Source: Candidatus Micrarchaeota archaeon (lineage in GTDB: Archaea; Micrarchaeota; Micrarchaeia; Norongarragalinales; SBBD01). From it: a stretch of DNA of 64,000 nucleotides. The stretch spans positions 177,421 through 241,420 of the forward strand of contig JAHJQN010000008.1 in assembly GCA_018819225.1 (NCBI GenBank), in the 5' to 3' direction. The position numbers were made by a program, and so were the translations under genes. The notes beneath the pieces are model-generated. The model was not told the DNA's origin. It saw nothing but the letters and a program-made list of their open reading frames with translations, and did no database searches. Within the stretch, counting starts at the first letter, position 1. Every line of letters begins with the position of its first letter. Of this stretch, positions 49,297-57,901 are shown in pieces.

Positions 49297-50822
49297 GTTT
49301 TCACCTTCCGGATGATGCCGTGGTTCGCATTGACTTCCACGAAATCACCGTCCTTGAAGACTTGAGTCGCAATTTTCGTGCCGATGACGCACGGAATACC
49401 TAATTCACGGCTGATGATGGCTGCATGAGACGTTATTCCGCCTTCATCCGTTACAATCGCTGCTGCTTTCTTCATCGCGGGAACGAGCTCGGGTCGCGTC
49501 ATACTGCTTACAAGAATATTGCCCTTCTCCATTTTGAACAGGTCTTTCGAAGCCAGAACGATCTTTACTATTCCTTCCGTGCGTCCAACGGAAGCGCAGG
49601 TTCCACGCACGTCATTAACATCATTGCGCAGTTTTCTCCGCACCTTCCGATACAATTCCCTTGCTTCCGATCCGGCGGCCACATCCACTTTTTCAGGAGT
49701 ATAAATGACAAGGGAAACTCGGGATCGCTCGGATACCTTTCCACTGTTTAGCTTGTGTTTGAGTGCGTCGGAAAATTCAGAACTAAGCATCCCATACCAT
49801 TCGTTCTTCTCAAGACCATTACGCCGACACAATTCATCAAAAAAAAGCATGGCATAATAACATCCGATCATCGAATTTTTCTTTCGTATATCTTGCCACA
49901 ATGCAAATGTCTCAATCAAACGAATGATGATCATAAAGTCTTTATCAACGCCAAATTCTCGGCAGACGCGCTCTTTTTCCTTTCGCGCATGATGGGCGAT
50001 TTGTTTCATTCGAGTGATTTCAGCATCCGCATCCGTCTTTTCAATGAGCGAATCCGCCAACCGTCCCGCAAAATAACTCTCGTCAAGATATCTTGTATGA
50101 AGATAGCTGTTATGAAACCAAAAATATTTTTTCGAATGACGATTGAGTCTACGGAAAAACGAAGGGTGCGATCGCAACGCATGCATGCGCTGGTTATCGG
50201 GAAGCCGAATGGCCGATGCAAGAGCAGGATTCTCATGAACTTGTTTTACCAATTCTAAAAGATCCACCGCTTCTTCAATTACAAAAGAAGGTGAAACAGG
50301 AGCCGTTAAAATGGCGAGATAGCGTGTAAACGCATTTTCTTCGGAGCGTTTTCTTAAAATGGGTTTAAGACGTTCAGTCACCAGATCCTCCGAACGCATA
50401 CTAAAGGCATCTGCGAGAAGGGGCAAACCCCACTGCTGAAGGAATGCTTTAGAAAAAAGTTCGTACTCATGAGACAATTCCGCATCTGACAGTTGAGTCA
50501 AATCGATTTCATCTAATGATCGACAATGAGACTGAAAATTGGCTTCATGTTTTCGCCATTGAGAAATGACGCCGTTAAGGTATCCCGGTTGGATCATCTC
50601 TTTCGATACGATATCATGAGCGATGCGCTTGAGATCGTCCGCCCAATACATACAATAAGCAAAGTTGTTTTCAATATAACATAGAATGACGTCATATGCG
50701 GTTCCGTGAATGGCCCGAAGAGTTTGAGTGGACGCAATTCCAGGAAACGACAATAAAAATTGGGTACCCTCCGTTCCTTGCACCATCCAGTCCTTTTGTA
50801 TCAAGTCTTGAAAACGATTCAT
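49293..50822 (-). CDS. PEP-utiliser mobile domain protein, paralogue 4
   Basis: EGGITSHAAIISRELGIPC; true start MNRFQD at 50822 (TGATG overlap with the upstream stop). Confidence 0.88.
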   Translation of the reverse strand: MNRFQDLIQKDWMVQGTEGTQFLLSFPGIASTQTLRAIHGTAYDVILCYIENNFAYCMYWADDLKRIAHDIVSKEMIQPGYLNGVISQWRKHEANFQSHCRSLDEIDLTQLSDAELSHEYELFSKAFLQQWGLPLLADAFSMRSEDLVTERLKPILRKRSEENAFTRYLAILTAPVSPSFVIEEAVDLLELVKQVHENPALASAIRLPDNQRMHALRSHPSFFRRLNRHSKKYFWFHNSYLHTRYLDESYFAGRLADSLIEKTDADAEITRMKQIAHHARKEKERVCREFGVDKDFMIIIRLIETFALWQDIRKKNSMIGCYYAMLFFDELCRRNGLEKNEWYGMLSSEFSDALKHKLNSGKVSERSRVSLVIYTPEKVDVAAGSEARELYRKVRRKLRNDVNDVRGTCASVGRTEGIVKIVLASKDLFKMEKGNILVSSMTRPELVPAMKKAAAIVTDEGGITSHAAIISRELGIPCVIGTKIATQVFKDGDFVEVNANHGIIRKVKT

Positions 50823-52351
50823 CAGCCCTTCACCTTGCGCACCACGCCCGCCGTCGCATCGACGTCGACACGATCCCCATCGTTCAGTATATCCGTTGCA
50901 TGCTTCGTTCCCACAACGCAAGGAATATCGAGCTCGCGGGAAACAATGGCGGCGTGACACGTGATCCCACCCGTATTCGTGATAATGGCCGCTGCTTTCT
51001 TCATCGCAGGAACCACATCCGGATTCGTGGCATTCGCCACCAGAATGTCGCCCACATTCATTTTGGAAAGATCGCGGGGGGATAAAATCAATTTCACGAC
51101 GCCTGTCGCACGACCCGGACACGCGCACGTGCCCTTCAATTCATTCGTTTCTTTTACGACCGGTTTCTCCGTAAACTGCTCAATGTATTGTCTCGCATCC
51201 GATCCCGATAGAACAACGGTGTCGTTGTTTTCACTGATCGCCGTGCATATTTTCATGCGTTCTTTGAGTTGTCCGCGATCAATGGATTCCTTTCGAAGCG
51301 CGTCCGACATTTCCTTCGGAAGCAGCATGCGCGTTTCTTCCACCGAAATCATCAACCGGCGAGCAATTTCCGCAACGAGCGGGCGCATCTCAAAATACGA
51401 GCGGAAAAACATGTCTTTTCGATTCGCTTTGAAAAATAATAGTTCCGCCGCCATATCAAACAGGCGCCGCTCCCCCGAAGATAATTGAAGTTCCTTTAAT
51501 GCCGCTGCACGCGTTTCTTCCGTGCTCACTTCCTTCTCCATAATCGCCGTCAAATCCGCCTTCACGTCTTTTTTCTTCGTCAACATACCCGCAACAACGG
51601 TTACAAAATACTCGAGGTTCCACGAATCGTTTTCGTACGTACACGGTAGCCAGGCAAACTGCTCCACATGATCCAAGAATGTTTTGTGAATCAAGGGGAA
51701 CGCCATCAATCCGTTTACGATTTCTGAGGGTTCCTTCGATGAAAATAATTGCAATGCATTCGAATTATCTTGAACATGGGAAGCCAATTCCAGCAACGCC
51801 ATGTCCTGCTGCTTTCCCAGCGTGCGTTTTCTGGGAGCCGTTAACGCAGCGAAATAAACAGGGGCATCATGCTCTTTCATCAAGGAAGCCAATTTGTCTT
51901 CGAGAATGCGGTTGAGCCGCAACGAAAAAGCGCCACTGGTATCCATCGCCGGAGCAATCCACGCCCAACCTCTCATGGCTTTGATGCGCTTTCCGTATTC
52001 CTCCAATAGGCTAACGAGCTCGCTATTGGTTTTTTCACTGAAATCCATTTCAAAAATTTCAGAGGTTAGAACAAGGAGAGATTCGCCTAGGCGATAGGTT
52101 TCGCGAATGGCTTGATCCACCAACTCAGGACTTTCGACTGCTTTTTTTGCCATCACGTCGCCCACGCGCTGAAAGTCTCCTTTCCGAACGTAATAGGACC
52201 AGAAATGGTTTTCAAAAACATGTAGCATGCCCTTGAACGAGATGCCCAACGCTTGATGCATGGGACTATTTTCCCCGCAACCGGATTCAAAGTAAACAAC
52301 GGGAAATAGGCTGGCGTCGTTTCGCGAGTCCTCTAGAATCCATTTCTCCAT
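50822..52351 (-). CDS. PEP-utiliser mobile domain protein, paralogue 3
   Basis: TGGITCHAAIVSRELDIPC; HVEQFAWLPCTY; KANRKD. Confidence 0.88.
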   Translation of the reverse strand: MEKWILEDSRNDASLFPVVYFESGCGENSPMHQALGISFKGMLHVFENHFWSYYVRKGDFQRVGDVMAKKAVESPELVDQAIRETYRLGESLLVLTSEIFEMDFSEKTNSELVSLLEEYGKRIKAMRGWAWIAPAMDTSGAFSLRLNRILEDKLASLMKEHDAPVYFAALTAPRKRTLGKQQDMALLELASHVQDNSNALQLFSSKEPSEIVNGLMAFPLIHKTFLDHVEQFAWLPCTYENDSWNLEYFVTVVAGMLTKKKDVKADLTAIMEKEVSTEETRAAALKELQLSSGERRLFDMAAELLFFKANRKDMFFRSYFEMRPLVAEIARRLMISVEETRMLLPKEMSDALRKESIDRGQLKERMKICTAISENNDTVVLSGSDARQYIEQFTEKPVVKETNELKGTCACPGRATGVVKLILSPRDLSKMNVGDILVANATNPDVVPAMKKAAAIITNTGGITCHAAIVSRELDIPCVVGTKHATDILNDGDRVDVDATAGVVRKVKG

Positions 52352-53839
52352 TTAAATGACCCCTTGAATCTTACGAACAATTCCATGCGAAGCCCTCACG
52401 TCTAATAGATCGCCATCCTTAAAGACGGACGTCGCGATTCTCGTTCCCACAATGCACGGAATATTGAATTCCCTGGAAACAATGGCCGCATGACAAGTAA
52501 TTCCGCCATCGTTCGTGATAATGGCCGCTGCTTTTTTCATGCCCCGGACAAAATCAGGCGTCGTCATAACGGTCACTAATACGTCGCCGTCCTCAAGTTG
52601 ATCCAAATCCTGCGCTTTCAATATCACTTTAGCGGTTCCTTTCACGGTTCCGCCACACGCACACGTTCCCTTCAGTTCAGAAACCTCGTCTTGAGTTTTT
52701 GAAACGATTCCCTGCTCGGCCATAAATTGGGATGCCGTTACGCCGTCCATCAACTGAGCCACACCACTATTAACATGCAAGATCCGGATTCCCGTTTTTT
52801 TCGTAATCCGTTTTCCATTCAATGCATCCACGACTTCTTTAGGGGTGTGGGCATAAACTTCTTTAGCGCTCCAACCCAACCGGCGTGCAACCTCGTACAC
52901 CAAATTCCGATACATAAAGTGACTTTTGGTAAAGCATTCCTTCTTGTAATCCATGAGAAATGAGGCAATGCGTATGGTTTTCAAAACCACGCGATCCGCT
53001 TCAGTGAGATTGAGTTCGTTTTCCATCATTGCTTGTCGCTCGGGTAATCGATCGTAATAGGCACGAATGTCTCTCAAACGCTTGTTCGCATCAAATGATG
53101 GCTTCAACATGCTGCGAACCGTTTCCTCGAAATGTTCGCGAGTCCATGTGTCGCCCGCATAATCAAACGGAATCCAGAAAAAGCGCTTTTCATGATCTTC
53201 CAACAACGAATTGACTGGATCGGAAACAACTCCGTTCAAAAAAGCCCGCACGTCATGATGATCCTTGACGGATTCAACCATGTTGAGAAGCGCTTCCTCC
53301 TCTTGGGTAGCAAACGGTTTTTTCGGCGAGCTCTCCAACAACGCGAATACCTGTCCGAACGCCAGGGTATTCCCGCGCTCGTTTAGTGCGTTTTTGATCG
53401 CGTCTTCCGCTTTTTGAGCCAGCACATCCTTTACGGCAAACGGAAACGGTTCTCCATACGGATACACCGCATCGTAGTGCTCCCAGTAGGATGCAATGAC
53501 TTTCGAAAACGAATGATTCGTTTCCTTCGAGTAGTCTTTCTGGGACAACTCGTGACTGAACGACAAAAAGCGCAGCATCTCATGAACAAAACGCGTCTCC
53601 AGCTTTTCCACAAAATAAGGATCTCTCTGAATGGTCTTAACACAGTGCTCTTCGACGCGCTGAATATCCTTTTGATCGAAGAATGCGGCAAACGGACCAT
53701 TTGGATCGAAGGAACAAATCAGTTTCTTATAGCTCGTTCCCACCGCCTTATCCATGGATTTCGTATACGATACGCAAAGATTGTGCAGCATATGCAAGGG
53801 AAAACCGTACGGCCGCTCTTGCACCAATACCCAATTCAT
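52352..53839 (-). CDS. PEP-utiliser mobile domain protein, paralogue 2
   Basis: DGGITCHAAIVSREFNIPC; HEKRFFWIPFDY; MDYKKE. Confidence 0.88.
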   Translation of the reverse strand: MNWVLVQERPYGFPLHMLHNLCVSYTKSMDKAVGTSYKKLICSFDPNGPFAAFFDQKDIQRVEEHCVKTIQRDPYFVEKLETRFVHEMLRFLSFSHELSQKDYSKETNHSFSKVIASYWEHYDAVYPYGEPFPFAVKDVLAQKAEDAIKNALNERGNTLAFGQVFALLESSPKKPFATQEEEALLNMVESVKDHHDVRAFLNGVVSDPVNSLLEDHEKRFFWIPFDYAGDTWTREHFEETVRSMLKPSFDANKRLRDIRAYYDRLPERQAMMENELNLTEADRVVLKTIRIASFLMDYKKECFTKSHFMYRNLVYEVARRLGWSAKEVYAHTPKEVVDALNGKRITKKTGIRILHVNSGVAQLMDGVTASQFMAEQGIVSKTQDEVSELKGTCACGGTVKGTAKVILKAQDLDQLEDGDVLVTVMTTPDFVRGMKKAAAIITNDGGITCHAAIVSREFNIPCIVGTRIATSVFKDGDLLDVRASHGIVRKIQGVI

Positions 53840-55297
53840 TCACTTCACCAGCTTCCTGACTTGACTATGATTCGCATCCACTTCAACCCAATCCCCTGTT
53901 TTCAATATTTTGGACGCCACACGCGTTCCGACCACACAAGGAATCCCGAACTCGCGAGACACGATGGCGGCATGACACGTGATTCCTCCTTCATTGGTCA
54001 CAACGGCTGCCGCTTTCTTCATCGCAGGAACAAAATCCGGCGAGGTCATGGACGTAACCAGGATGTCTCCTTTTTTTAAGGAACGGTTTGCTTCATCGGG
54101 ATTCATGGTCACGACCGCGCGCCCCTGTACTTTACCGGGACTCGCAGCAGTTCCAGAAAACTCCACCAATTCCGTTGTCGGACGTGATTTCGGAAACAGT
54201 TTTTCTTCTATTTGAGCCGCTTCAACGCGGGAGTACAGACGAAGAGCGTCTTCAAATTCCTTCCAGAGCACGAGGCATTCCGATCGCTTTTCCAGCTCCG
54301 ATTCCGTAAGTGCCTTGGAAAGAATAAGCGGCATTTCACTCGGCAAAGCGTTCTTGACGTGTTGCAGGGAATAACCGCTGCGCCGGGCGAATTCATTGAG
54401 AAGCACATCGAGATAGTGTGTCGCCTGAAGAATCACTTCCTTTCGGTAGTCCTGAAACCACGCAAAATAATCGATAATTTCAACGAGCTTTTTCTCCGAA
54501 TCAGTGAGTTTCAAAAACTCCATGAGCACATGCTTCTCTTTTTGTTGCATTTTGAGGGCGCCATTCAACGAACGAATGTAATCCCGAGCCTCCTTTTCTC
54601 TTAACAGCAGAACCATTTCGTTTTGGAAATAATTGGCGTCCAAGACACGGGTGCGCCAGTAGGAGTTCTGCATCCAGAAATATTGTTTTGCATGTGCTTC
54701 CAACTTCTTTTTTAGCGCAGGATGAGATGCAAAATCACTTTTCTTCGTCAGTTTTTCGTCCACCGCAATCTGCAATAAATCGATTTCTTGCCGGACGGAA
54801 AACGAGGGCTTCGAACCCGTTGAAAGAATGGAAATCGTGTGTTCGCGTTTTGGGGTGTTCTTCAATAACTGCTTGAGCAACTGCTCGCCTTGAAGGTATA
54901 CCGGTTCAACCGCTGCTCCGGTCACGCCCCAAGTAACATACTGCTCAAAATAATCGCGATGCAACTGAATCAATGCTTCATCCGAAAGGGATTCCAACTT
55001 TTTCGATTGAATGCGAGGGTAAAAACGCTCCAAATCCACCGTGTCTTTCTTTAAACGCGTTTCCAACCGCTTCATTTTCGCAGGATCGCGCAGTTGATCG
55101 ATAATCAATTGACCGAGCTCGCACAAGGGAGGCATTCGGTTCGCCCAAAGCACTACCCCATTCTTGAAAAACAAGTAGGTGTCCGGCCAGCTTTTTCCAT
55201 AGAACGAACGGGTGGGTGCGAGAATACACCGAAGAAACCAAAGCAGCGGCTGAATCGATGCCTCACGCTCCCACTTGAACCACTCCGGAAGTTCCAT
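53840..55297 (-). CDS. PEP-utiliser mobile domain protein, paralogue 1
   Basis: EGGITCHAAIVSREFGIPC; true start MELPEW at 55297 after an AGGGGA SD. Confidence 0.88.
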   Translation of the reverse strand: MELPEWFKWEREASIQPLLWFLRCILAPTRSFYGKSWPDTYLFFKNGVVLWANRMPPLCELGQLIIDQLRDPAKMKRLETRLKKDTVDLERFYPRIQSKKLESLSDEALIQLHRDYFEQYVTWGVTGAAVEPVYLQGEQLLKQLLKNTPKREHTISILSTGSKPSFSVRQEIDLLQIAVDEKLTKKSDFASHPALKKKLEAHAKQYFWMQNSYWRTRVLDANYFQNEMVLLLREKEARDYIRSLNGALKMQQKEKHVLMEFLKLTDSEKKLVEIIDYFAWFQDYRKEVILQATHYLDVLLNEFARRSGYSLQHVKNALPSEMPLILSKALTESELEKRSECLVLWKEFEDALRLYSRVEAAQIEEKLFPKSRPTTELVEFSGTAASPGKVQGRAVVTMNPDEANRSLKKGDILVTSMTSPDFVPAMKKAAAVVTNEGGITCHAAIVSREFGIPCVVGTRVASKILKTGDWVEVDANHSQVRKLVK

Positions 55298-55343
55298 AAT
55301 ATCCCCTGAAAAGAAACAGCGCAAGGAATAGGGATGCGAACCC

Positions 55344-55375
55344 ATAAATAAAAGGGTATACCCCGATATCGGGGT
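55344..55375 (-). promoter_or_regulatory. TATA box plus perfect 16-bp palindromic operator upstream of the paralogue operon
   Basis: ACCCCGATATCGGGGT (55360-55375) just upstream of TTTTATTTAT (55353-55344). Confidence 0.6.
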
Positions 55376-55376
55376 T

Positions 55377-56039
55377 TTACGGAGATAGGGGAACGATGGC
55401 TTGCTTGGAAGCCGAACGCAAAACCTTTCCCTCTGCTTTTCGCAACTGCTCGCGGAACGTGCTCTCGTGCACGTGCTTCTCTTCCGCCAATCGCTCCAAC
55501 GAAACCCGTCGCGGGAAATCATAATACCCTTTTTCAACGGCTTCCAGCAGCGCCGTACGTTCCTTGATGGAGAGCGCGGCAAACGTGTTCGGCAGGAAAA
55601 AGTCAATGGTATCCTGCCGGATGCCCAACAACTCGGACGCGATGCCTTTCAAGCGCTTCAGTTTAGTTAACAAGCGCCGGATATGCGCTTTTTTCCAGCT
55701 TCCGATCGTCCAATACTCCGCCCCGCCTTTCGCAATCAATGGGCCTACGGTAAAAACGGTTCCGTCGAGTACGTGCGCGTGAAACGTATCCACTGAAACG
55801 TGCTCGTAAAAAATCTGGTCGCCCTCGCGCGCCAGAACGCGCAACTTTTTCGATCCCTTTATCACGTCCGCCAATTTTTCCTTTTCGGACCCTCCAACGT
55901 AAAGGACTTTGGTGACGAAGCCTTTCTCGCCGCGCTTGAACGCATTCATGTAATAAGAAGCGGTAAACGCGTTTATCGTACTCGTCGCTTTTACGATGAC
56001 CGACTTCTCGCGCCGGATTCGAATGCGGGCCACCCACAT
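55377..56039 (-). CDS. Bat-like (HTH_10) transcriptional regulator A
   Basis: LS.KE..AL..AVEKGYYDFPRRVSLE.LA......STFREQLRKAEGK; paralogue of 46217-46885. Confidence 0.9.
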   Translation of the reverse strand: MWVARIRIRREKSVIVKATSTINAFTASYYMNAFKRGEKGFVTKVLYVGGSEKEKLADVIKGSKKLRVLAREGDQIFYEHVSVDTFHAHVLDGTVFTVGPLIAKGGAEYWTIGSWKKAHIRRLLTKLKRLKGIASELLGIRQDTIDFFLPNTFAALSIKERTALLEAVEKGYYDFPRRVSLERLAEEKHVHESTFREQLRKAEGKVLRSASKQAIVPLSP

Positions 56040-56062
56040 ACCTGACTCCCTTAACCCACGGA

Positions 56063-57496
56063 CTAGAAGTTGGCTTCCAAGCGCTTGCTGCTCACCGGGT
56101 GCTTGCTCAACACCTCATCCATGATTTTCGCATACTTCGCACACTTATGCACGGCTAACCCCACATGATCCTGAGCAAACAACTTCTTCAACTCCTTCAC
56201 CGGTATATGCCGCGTAATCTTCTTATCTTCGACTGCGAGCTGCTCCAACGGATTCGGTTTTCCATCTTGAACGGATTGCCACGCCTTGAGCGAAAGCGAA
56301 CGCAAGTGCTCGTGCATCTTCTGACGATCCTCTCCATGTTCCACCAAGCGCATCAAAAGCGCTTCCGTCAACGCAAACGGAGCATACGTCCGGAAATTCT
56401 TTTCAATCACTTTCCGATTGATCCGCAATCCCTCCGCTAAACCGATGGCAACCATCAACGCCTCATCCAACGCCATGAACGCCTCCGGCAATATAATGCG
56501 CCGATTCGCCGAATCATCCAGCGTCCGCTCGAGAATGGAATTCGCGGTATTCTCCCATGCCACCGGAGGCAACGCACCCACGTACCGCGCCAGAGAGCAC
56601 AACCGTTCCGCTTTCACGGGATTGCGCTTGAACGGCATGGCACTGCTGCCTACCTGCATTTCCGCGAACGGCTCCATGACCTCGAACACGTACGGGCTTT
56701 GCAACACCCGCAAATCCAACGCGAACTTATGCAAGCTCGCCGCCACCGATGCTAGCGCCGACAACACCAAATAATCGACTTTACGTGGATACACTTGCGT
56801 GCTGACCTCGAACGCCTTCAAACCCAAGTCATTCATGGCCTCGCGCTCCATCTCCTCCGCGTTCATGTTCTTGCCCTTCAAAAGTTCTTCGTAACTCGCC
56901 GAGGTTCCCACCGCTCCCTTGAACCCCTTGCCTCTCACGTCATTCTCAAGATTCTTCAAGTACCCGAGATCCATCACGATGTCCTGAGCGTAATTACAGA
57001 ACCGGTATCCAACCGTCGTCGGCTCGGCGGTTTGAAGGTGCGTCAACGCCATGCACCGCACGTCCTTGTGAAGCACAACGCGTTTCCGGTACGCTTGAAG
57101 CAACCGCGCCACTTTCTGCCGAATCATGCGCAACGCCTTCCTCGAACGCAACGCATCCGCATTATCCTCAATATCCATGGACGTAGCGCCCAAGTGCAGC
57201 CGTCCGCCCGCCGCACCCGCCTGCCCAGCAAACGTTTTCAACTCCGCCATCAAATCGTGCTTGATCCTCTTCTCGATCTCATGCGCCTTCCCCACATCAA
57301 CGTCCAGAGCATGCTTCTCCAGCTGAGCGAACTCCTTCGCGCTCACCAAACCCGCTTTATGCTGCGCTTTTGCAAGAGCCACCCACACCTTACGCCAGCG
57401 CAACCGATTCTCCCTCTCCGAAAACAATGCGCGCATCTCGGGGCTGGCATACCGCCAACTAAACACCGAAGCGTACCTGGAATAATCCGGTTCCAT
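56063..57496 (-). CDS. purB: adenylosuccinate lyase
   Basis: RYAS.EM, HDLMAE, LHLGATS, THLQ.AEPTT, GSSAMPFKRNP; ATG 57496 (alternative 57511). Confidence 0.96.
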   Translation of the reverse strand: MEPDYSRYASVFSWRYASPEMRALFSERENRLRWRKVWVALAKAQHKAGLVSAKEFAQLEKHALDVDVGKAHEIEKRIKHDLMAELKTFAGQAGAAGGRLHLGATSMDIEDNADALRSRKALRMIRQKVARLLQAYRKRVVLHKDVRCMALTHLQTAEPTTVGYRFCNYAQDIVMDLGYLKNLENDVRGKGFKGAVGTSASYEELLKGKNMNAEEMEREAMNDLGLKAFEVSTQVYPRKVDYLVLSALASVAASLHKFALDLRVLQSPYVFEVMEPFAEMQVGSSAMPFKRNPVKAERLCSLARYVGALPPVAWENTANSILERTLDDSANRRIILPEAFMALDEALMVAIGLAEGLRINRKVIEKNFRTYAPFALTEALLMRLVEHGEDRQKMHEHLRSLSLKAWQSVQDGKPNPLEQLAVEDKKITRHIPVKELKKLFAQDHVGLAVHKCAKYAKIMDEVLSKHPVSSKRLEANF

Positions 57497-57628
57497 TGTC
57501 CCCACCCACATGGAATCCTAGGAAATGGACCTTAATAAGTTTTTTTAATGGCAGTCAATGCGTTCACCCCCACACCCCCAAGCAAGAATTCAGGGTTTTT
57601 AATGATAGCCGTCCAATAAACTACATTC

Positions 57629-57729
57629 CTGCAGGGGTGCCGGAGTCTGGTCAGGGAGACCGACGACCTTTAATAAAGGTCGACCAAAATAAACGATAAC
57701 GATTCTGCAGGGGTGCCGGAGTCTGGTCA
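57629..57729 (+). repeat. 25-bp direct repeat duplicating the tRNA-Leu 5' end
   Basis: CTGCAGGGGTGCCGGAGTCTGGTCA at 57629-57653 and 57705-57729. Confidence 0.9.
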
Positions 57730-57901
57730 AACGGGATGGACTCAAGTGATTTTTTCTTTCTTGCAAGAAAGAAAACATCAAGTAAAAGAAAGAACCACAG
57801 GAAAGAAAACGTCGATTAAAAGAAAGACGTTTCAATGAAAGAACGTGGTCGGAGAGATCCATTGGCTTAGGCCTGCGTGGGTTCAAATCCCTCCCCCTGC
57901 A
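57707..57901 (+). tRNA. tRNA-Leu(CAA) with a 110-nt intron (57747-57856) at position 37/38
   Basis: acceptor stem GCAGGGG/CCCCTGC-A, anticodon stem ATGGA/TCCAT with CTCAAG loop, long variable arm, GGTTCAAATCC T-arm; CCA not encoded. Confidence 0.9.

Noticed and set aside
50823-51128. N-terminal 102-aa extension of ORF 49293-51128
   Set aside because: It overlaps the His-domain coding region of the upstream paralogue in another frame; the TGATG-coupled start at 50822 gives a size matching the other paralogues.
44585-55297. Annotating the six paralogues as PEP synthase/PPDK (ppsA) or as rifampicin phosphotransferase
   Set aside because: They are only ~500 aa with the His domain at the extreme C-terminus. 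No ATP-grasp (GGKxxxL) or pyruvate-binding barrel motifs are present, so neither name is supported.
55298-55606. N-terminal extension of ORF 53840-55606
   Set aside because: It overlaps the HTH gene and the promoter/operator; an SD and ATG at 55297 fit better.
57654-57729. 76-nt cis intron in the tRNA D-loop
   Set aside because: Removing it would restore the tRNA, but no bulge-helix-bulge can be drawn at the junctions and the downstream copy is already complete.
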